A program made the position numbers and the translations under genes. The notes below the pieces were generated by a model. That model was given only the letters and a program-made list of their open reading frames with translations, was not told where the DNA came from and ran no database searches. DNA of 64,000 nucleotides from Basidiobolus meristosporus CBS 931.73 (taxonomy: Eukaryota > Fungi > Basidiobolomycota), in contig MCFE01000146.1 of NCBI GenBank assembly GCA_002104905.1, forward strand, positions 90,558 to 154,557, given 5' to 3'. Shown piece by piece: positions 59,768 through 64,000 of the stretch (position 1 is the stretch's first letter; every line of letters begins with the position of its first letter).

Positions 59768-62512
59768 ATGGCATTAGAAGCTAGCAGATACAAGGAGCAT
59801 TGGAAAAATTTTGGCGTTTACCTGGCAACGGTGGCAGGTGTAACAAAACGCAGCTATTGCTTGATGACCATTACCCTGTCTATGAGATACTTGCTATTAT
59901 ATGGAGGGTATTCTGTTGAGCACTTTCAAGACAGCAAAATATCCCCGCCTTATGATGAGCATATAGCTGAAGAAACATCCAGCCGTGGAATACTCTATGA
60001 GCCCAGCTCAAAGGTTCAAATGATTCACCTTGCAGATCTACACGGTGATGAAGACATCACAGTGACAGTTCTCCCAACTCCAGACAACATATCAACTACA
60101 GAGGCAGCCAAAGGGGTGATTTTAATTGGCAACAGCTGTGCTAGTGACCACGGGAATCTCTACATATATGGTGGTTTTGAGCTGAGCCGTAGAGAATACT
60201 CAGGGCAACATGAAAGTGCCAAAAAACGGGGGAAAAAAGCGATACAAAGTAAGAGTGGGGAGACAATCAATAGAAGACTGAACAAGCTGGAGGTAATCAC
60301 GTACAAAGATGGCAATGGATGCTCCAGAGTATTGGAGACAAGGCCATTCTTGAATAATCCGGCAAATATGCCTTCAGCAAGAGGTTGGGCAGTTCTTACG
60401 TACGCATTTGATTGCTTATTCTTGCTGGGCGGCTATCCTACACCATCAGAACCACCTTATACCCAACCAAATGGGAGTTTTTTAAACAAGTTCTACTGTT
60501 TAAAATTGCAAACTGGTGATTGGGAAAGATGATATGTACACTCAGCAATACAGGAGCTTAGAGAAAACTTTATTGCTGTGGTAAACAAGCATGGCAACCA
60601 AATCCAATACATCAACAATGCAAATGTTACATTCACCTATGATGTTGATAATCAGATCTGGATTTACCCTCCCAATCCAAGTCAGGAAGAAATGAGTACA
60701 AAGCAGCTACTAGGGCGCATTCTTAATGAATTGGCAGCAATCTCTCAGCGGCACAAGAGGGAAGGCAAAGGAAGTGCTGAGACTGAAAATATCTTGCAAC
60801 ATAGTGCCCATGGTCTTACTGTCCCACTTAAGAACCATCAAGCATTTGGCGTACAATGGCTGATGTATACAGAGGCCATCCATAAAGGAGCATTGCTTGC
60901 CAATTCCATGGGACTTGGAAAGACATTGCAGATATTAAGTCTCATATTGGAGACACCTGAGCAAAGGCCAAATCTTATTGCTGTCACGCTTGGAATACTT
61001 CTCAATTGGGTGATGGAGATAAAGACAAAAACAAGGATATCCAATGAAGAGCTTCATGTATTTCATGGAAAATTCCGAGCTATCAAGAAGTCAGATATGG
61101 AGACTAAGAGGATTGTGCTCACCACCTACCACACACTATGTGTTGAAGCAAGGAACCCCAATTTGCCTATATGGAATGTGAAATTTGGCCAAATAGTGGC
61201 CAATGAGGCAGATACACTTAAGAACTACAAAGGTGGTAGCTTAAACGCAGTAAGTAAAATTGATGGAGAATCCTTGATACTTGTCACTGCCACCCCATTC
61301 CAAAATGAGATTATGGATCTTTATTCATATTTCACATTATTCAATCTATGGGAAGGCATTCCAAAGGATTTCCATTGACTCCTACTTGAGGAGGCCAATG
61401 CAAACAGGCTAGTTGAATGGGTTGTAGAAAGACTTGGCCCATTAATATTGAGACGTGTTCCAGAGTCACAAATATTTGGAGAACGCACAGTATCCATGCC
61501 TAGTATTCAAGAGCAGATTGACTTGTGCCAATTCTTGCCGGAGGAGCTGCAGGAGTACAAACAACTGCAGTCAAGTCTTCCAGAGGAAGTCGGTTGGATG
61601 GGTGCAAATACCTATCTGCGTCTGTACTCATGCCATCCATATATGTATACCTGGAGCAGGAAGAGGAATTGACTGAAAAAAGCGGCTGATGCTAGCATTG
61701 TTCATGATGTCAAGATGAGTGAGGATTATTTTCCACCTGAGATTGATGAGGATCTTGAGGCGGTTGCGGTTGAGGTTGAGGAGCAGCTTCAAGAGATTAA
61801 TAGCAAAGAGGTTGACAGCTCATCCAACGTTCCATCTACTTCTGCACCAACTGCCATATGCACTGAAGACGCCCCTACAATTGCCCAAAGAGGGCTTGCA
61901 TTAGAGGACTCCAACAGGGTATTCATCCAAGATTTCCTCACTGGTGTAACCAACAACACTTTGAATGAGCATAGTGGCAAAACTTGGAAAATCATGGAAA
62001 TCCAGCTTGAAATCCAAGAAAATAAGGAGCACACACGTGTTATTATTTTTTCTGGGTTTAATCTGATGCTTGACATAGTGGCTTACCATTTGAGGGAGCA
62101 GAGCATTGAACATCTGAAGATTACCGGTTCCACCCCAGTTTGGATACAAAAGAGCAGTATAGATACATTTGCATTGCCAGTTCCGGAGGGCAAGATTTGT
62201 GTGTTACTGATCAACATCAAATGTGTTGCATTTGGATTAAATTTGCAGATGCCATTGGCGGGGATCATTGCCGACAATTGGTGGAATACCTATGTAGAAA
62301 TCCAAGCAAAGGCCAGAGTTTGGAGGGTGAATCAACCAAATAATGTTTCTACTTACCAGTTAGTCATGCAAGATTCCATTGAAGCTCAGGGTGTAATTGA
62401 CAGTCAAACTTGTAAGATTGGCTTATTTGGCCAGATTACGCATACGTTGGTAGATGAAGCATCCAAAGTACCAATTTCATTTAGGGGGGGGAGGAAAGTC
62501 ACCAAGTGGTGA
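59768..62512 (+). pseudogene. Kelch-like repeat + SNF2-family helicase fusion with three in-frame TGA stops
   Basis: One frame throughout, with TGA at 60530, 61376 and 61670. Kelch-like LLLYGGY, LYIYGGF and LFLLGGY. SNF2 motifs LKNHQ..GVQWL, ANSMGLGKT, NEAD (decayed DEAH), VTATPFQN, LILRR, IIFSGF..MLD, FGLNL, QAKARVWRVNQ. Confidence 0.85.
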
Positions 62513-62621
62513 AATCTTTATTTACTAATGACAAGTATCTAAAGAAGCCAAGTTAATCTGAAGTAATTCCTAGAAAGCTAGGTCTGAGAGATATCTTCCT
62601 GGTAAGCCAGGTCTGAGAGTT
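62481..62621 (-). mobile_element. 5'-truncated copy of the terminal SINE-like unit
   Basis: TTAGGG at 62481; differs from 63220-63360 only by two substitutions and the G-run length. Confidence 0.8.
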
Positions 62622-62836
62622 GAGGGGAGGGAAAGTCACCAAGGTAGGTGAAATCTTTATTTGATTTCAGACAAGTCTAACTACAAATAAAGAAGCCAAG
62701 TTAATCTGAAGTAATTCCTAGAAAGCTAGGTCTGAGAGATATCTTCCTGGTAAGCCAGGTCTGAGAGTTGAGGGGAGGGAAAGTCACCAAGGTAGGTGAA
62801 ATCTTTATTTGATTTCAGACAAGTCTAACTACAAAT
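62541..62836. repeat. Perfect 148-bp tandem duplication
   Basis: 62541-62688 equals 62689-62836 with no mismatch seen. Confidence 0.92.
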
Positions 62837-62897
62837 AAAGAAGCCAGCTGGGAATAGAAGATTCCCAAAGTAAATAGTAAGTTGAATATGAATAAAT

Positions 62898-63218
62898 CTA
62901 AGCTAAAGTTAAGGCAGTATCCCAGAGTACACTGGAGTTCAGGTTCATGGGGGAGTGAAGTAGATAAGCTTGAGAGATATAATAATCTTTGAGGAAGTGG
63001 GTAACAGCAGGTGAAGGGGAGTTTTTGATAAGTGAGGTGAATCTTGAGAGCAGAGATTCCTCTAATGAGAAGGTCTTGTAAACTGGAGAATCAGGAAACT
63101 CTTTAAAGGCATGGTCAGTAGGTTCCCAGTAAAGCTGGTCAGAAACATTTTGAGAGAACTCTTTAGCAATACTTTTGTCAAGTACTACCTCCAGAGTGTG
63201 ATGGTTGATAAATCTCAT
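62898..63218 (-). CDS. ORF U, 106-aa protein fragment of unknown function carried by a tail-bearing unit (62766-63219)
   Basis: Open frame with a diverged homolog at about 52327-52700 conserved at protein level (LEVVLDK/LEVILDK, SLEESLLSRFTSLIKNSPS/SLEKELLKRFTSLLKNSPS, WDTA). Confidence 0.65.
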   Translation of the reverse strand: MRFINHHTLEVVLDKSIAKEFSQNVSDQLYWEPTDHAFKEFPDSPVYKTFSLEESLLSRFTSLIKNSPSPAVTHFLKDYYISQAYLLHSPMNLNSSVLWDTALTLA

Positions 63219-63219
63219 G

Positions 63220-63745
63220 TTAGGGGGAGGAAAGTCACCAAGTGGTGAAATCTTTATTTACTTATGACAAGTATCTAAAGAAGCCAAGTTAATCTGAAGT
63301 TATTCCTAGAAAGCTAGGTCTGAGAGATATCTTCCTGGTAAGCCAGGTCTGAGAGTTGAGAAGCTGAGTGGTACTATATTTCCTAGTTAGCTAGGTCTGA
63401 GAGAGGTTTCCTGGAAAGCCAGGCCTGAGAAGTGAGAATCTGAATATATCTGAGCTAAGTTATACTGGTTTGCGGTAGCTGAATTGTGGCCAGAATGGCC
63501 AGTAGACTGGGGGAGCTGAGATGAATTTCTGGGCGATCACTGGCCAAATTTACTAGGCAAATCTGGCCAATTAGCATTTCAAGGATTTCAGCCAATCAGA
63601 GCCTTTACTTTGCCCGATGGTTGATCAAGCCATCTCCCAATGAGCACACATCAATTTTATTAATCAAATTTTTGCTGGATCCAGGATTTGAACCCACAAC
63701 CATGGGTATGGAAGGGTTAGGGATAACCACAAGGCTAAGTGTTCT
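63220..63745 (-). mobile_element. SINE-like unit: tRNA-derived head, hairpin-rich body, retroelement-type 3' tail
   Basis: A box TAGCCTTGTGG (63737-63727) and B box GGTTCAAATCC (63694-63684) at tRNA spacing. No T4 run on the sense strand. 3' tail shared with the LINE-like unit; joined at TTAGGG 63220. Confidence 0.6.
63684..63737 (-). promoter_or_regulatory. Pol III type-2 (A box/B box) internal promoter, tRNA-derived, pointing away from the telomere
   Basis: GGTTGTGGGTTCAAATCC equals the tRNA consensus GGTCGTGGGTTCGAATCC after two CpG transitions; 32 nt separate the boxes. Confidence 0.65.
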
Positions 63746-63750
63746 TGGTT

Positions 63751-64000
63751 GGGTTAGGGTTAGGGTTAGGGTTAGGGTTAGGGTTAGGGTTAGGGTTAGG
63801 GTTAGGGTTAGGGTTAGGGTTAGGGTTAGGGTTAGGGTTAGGGGTTAGGGTTAGGGTTAGGGTTAGGGTTAGGGTTAGGGTTAGGGTTAGGGTTAGGGTT
63901 AGGGTTAGGGTTAGGGTTAGGGTTAGGGTTAGGGTTAGGGTTAGGGTTAGGGTTAGGGTGGGTTAGGGTTAGGGTTAGGTTAGGTTAGTTAGGGTTAGGG
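63751..64000 (+). repeat. Telomere (TTAGGG)n, about 41 units, right chromosome end
   Basis: Direct reading; a few variant units (TTAGGGG, GTGGG, TTAGG, TTAG). Confidence 0.99.

Noticed and set aside
59037-61672. Alternative genetic code with TGA as a sense codon
   Set aside because: Intact genes in the window (trypsin, AAA ATPase) terminate at TGA and use TGG for Trp.
60578-62512. RecQ-type telomere-linked helicase (TLH) or Helitron Pif1 helicase
   Set aside because: The motifs (MGLGKT, TPFQN, LRR, GLNL, QAxARxWR) are SNF2-type. There is no RecQ zinc domain, no Rep HUH motif and no Pif1 signature.
63713-63723. Telomerase RNA template
   Set aside because: CCCUAACCCU is template-like, but I see no pseudoknot or other TER element, and telomere-like sequence 30 bp from a telomere has simpler explanations.
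63672-63745. Functional tRNA gene
   Set aside because: A and B boxes are present, but the T-stem (GTGGG/CCTGG), acceptor stem and anticodon stem do not pair. It is kept only as a tRNA-derived promoter.
62481-63745. Hammerhead ribozyme as in Penelope-like pseudo-LTRs
   Set aside because: I found no CUGANGA...GAAA core on either strand; CTGAGAG does not fit. The peptide at 55.2-55.7k also looks LINE-like rather than Penelope-like.
63621-63966. ORFs encoding VRVRVR and LGLGLG repeats
   Set aside because: These are translations of the telomere repeat.

Overview
This is the right-hand end of a eukaryotic chromosome, ending in a G-strand (TTAGGG)n telomere at about 63751-64000. It is almost certainly fungal; an early-diverging lineage is inferred from gene content and 60-90 bp GT-AG introns with CTAAC/CTAAT branch points. 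Nearly CpG-free blocks of decayed transposons alternate with CpG-intact genic islands. The transposons are a Ty3/Gypsy remnant with a solo LTR, one full-length and three partial Ty1/Copia copies plus related LTR relics, CACTA/EnSpm-like transposase relics, a 736-bp foldback element and LINE-like fragments. The genes are a 4x C2H2 zinc-finger protein, a 3-exon single-pass membrane protein, a secreted trypsin with a hydrophobic tail, a Pcl/Pho80-type cyclin, a small secreted protein, a peroxisomal 4CL-like acyl-CoA ligase and an AAA+ ATPase. The most interesting part is the last 12 kb. It is a stack of minus-strand units whose 3' ends share one tail (AATAAA, a UCACC/GGUGA stem-loop, a C-run, CTAA), and five of the junctions are a clean single TTAGGG. 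The stack holds a LINE-like RT-bearing unit, two units carrying only an unknown ORF, and a tRNA-headed SINE-like unit abutting the telomere. I infer a multi-component telomere-capping retroelement system. Inside the stack is a 6-kb block with a 155-bp satellite and three telomere-facing ORFs, including a decayed Kelch-repeat + SNF2 helicase fusion. All family assignments come from motif recognition by eye; no database search or computation was run.
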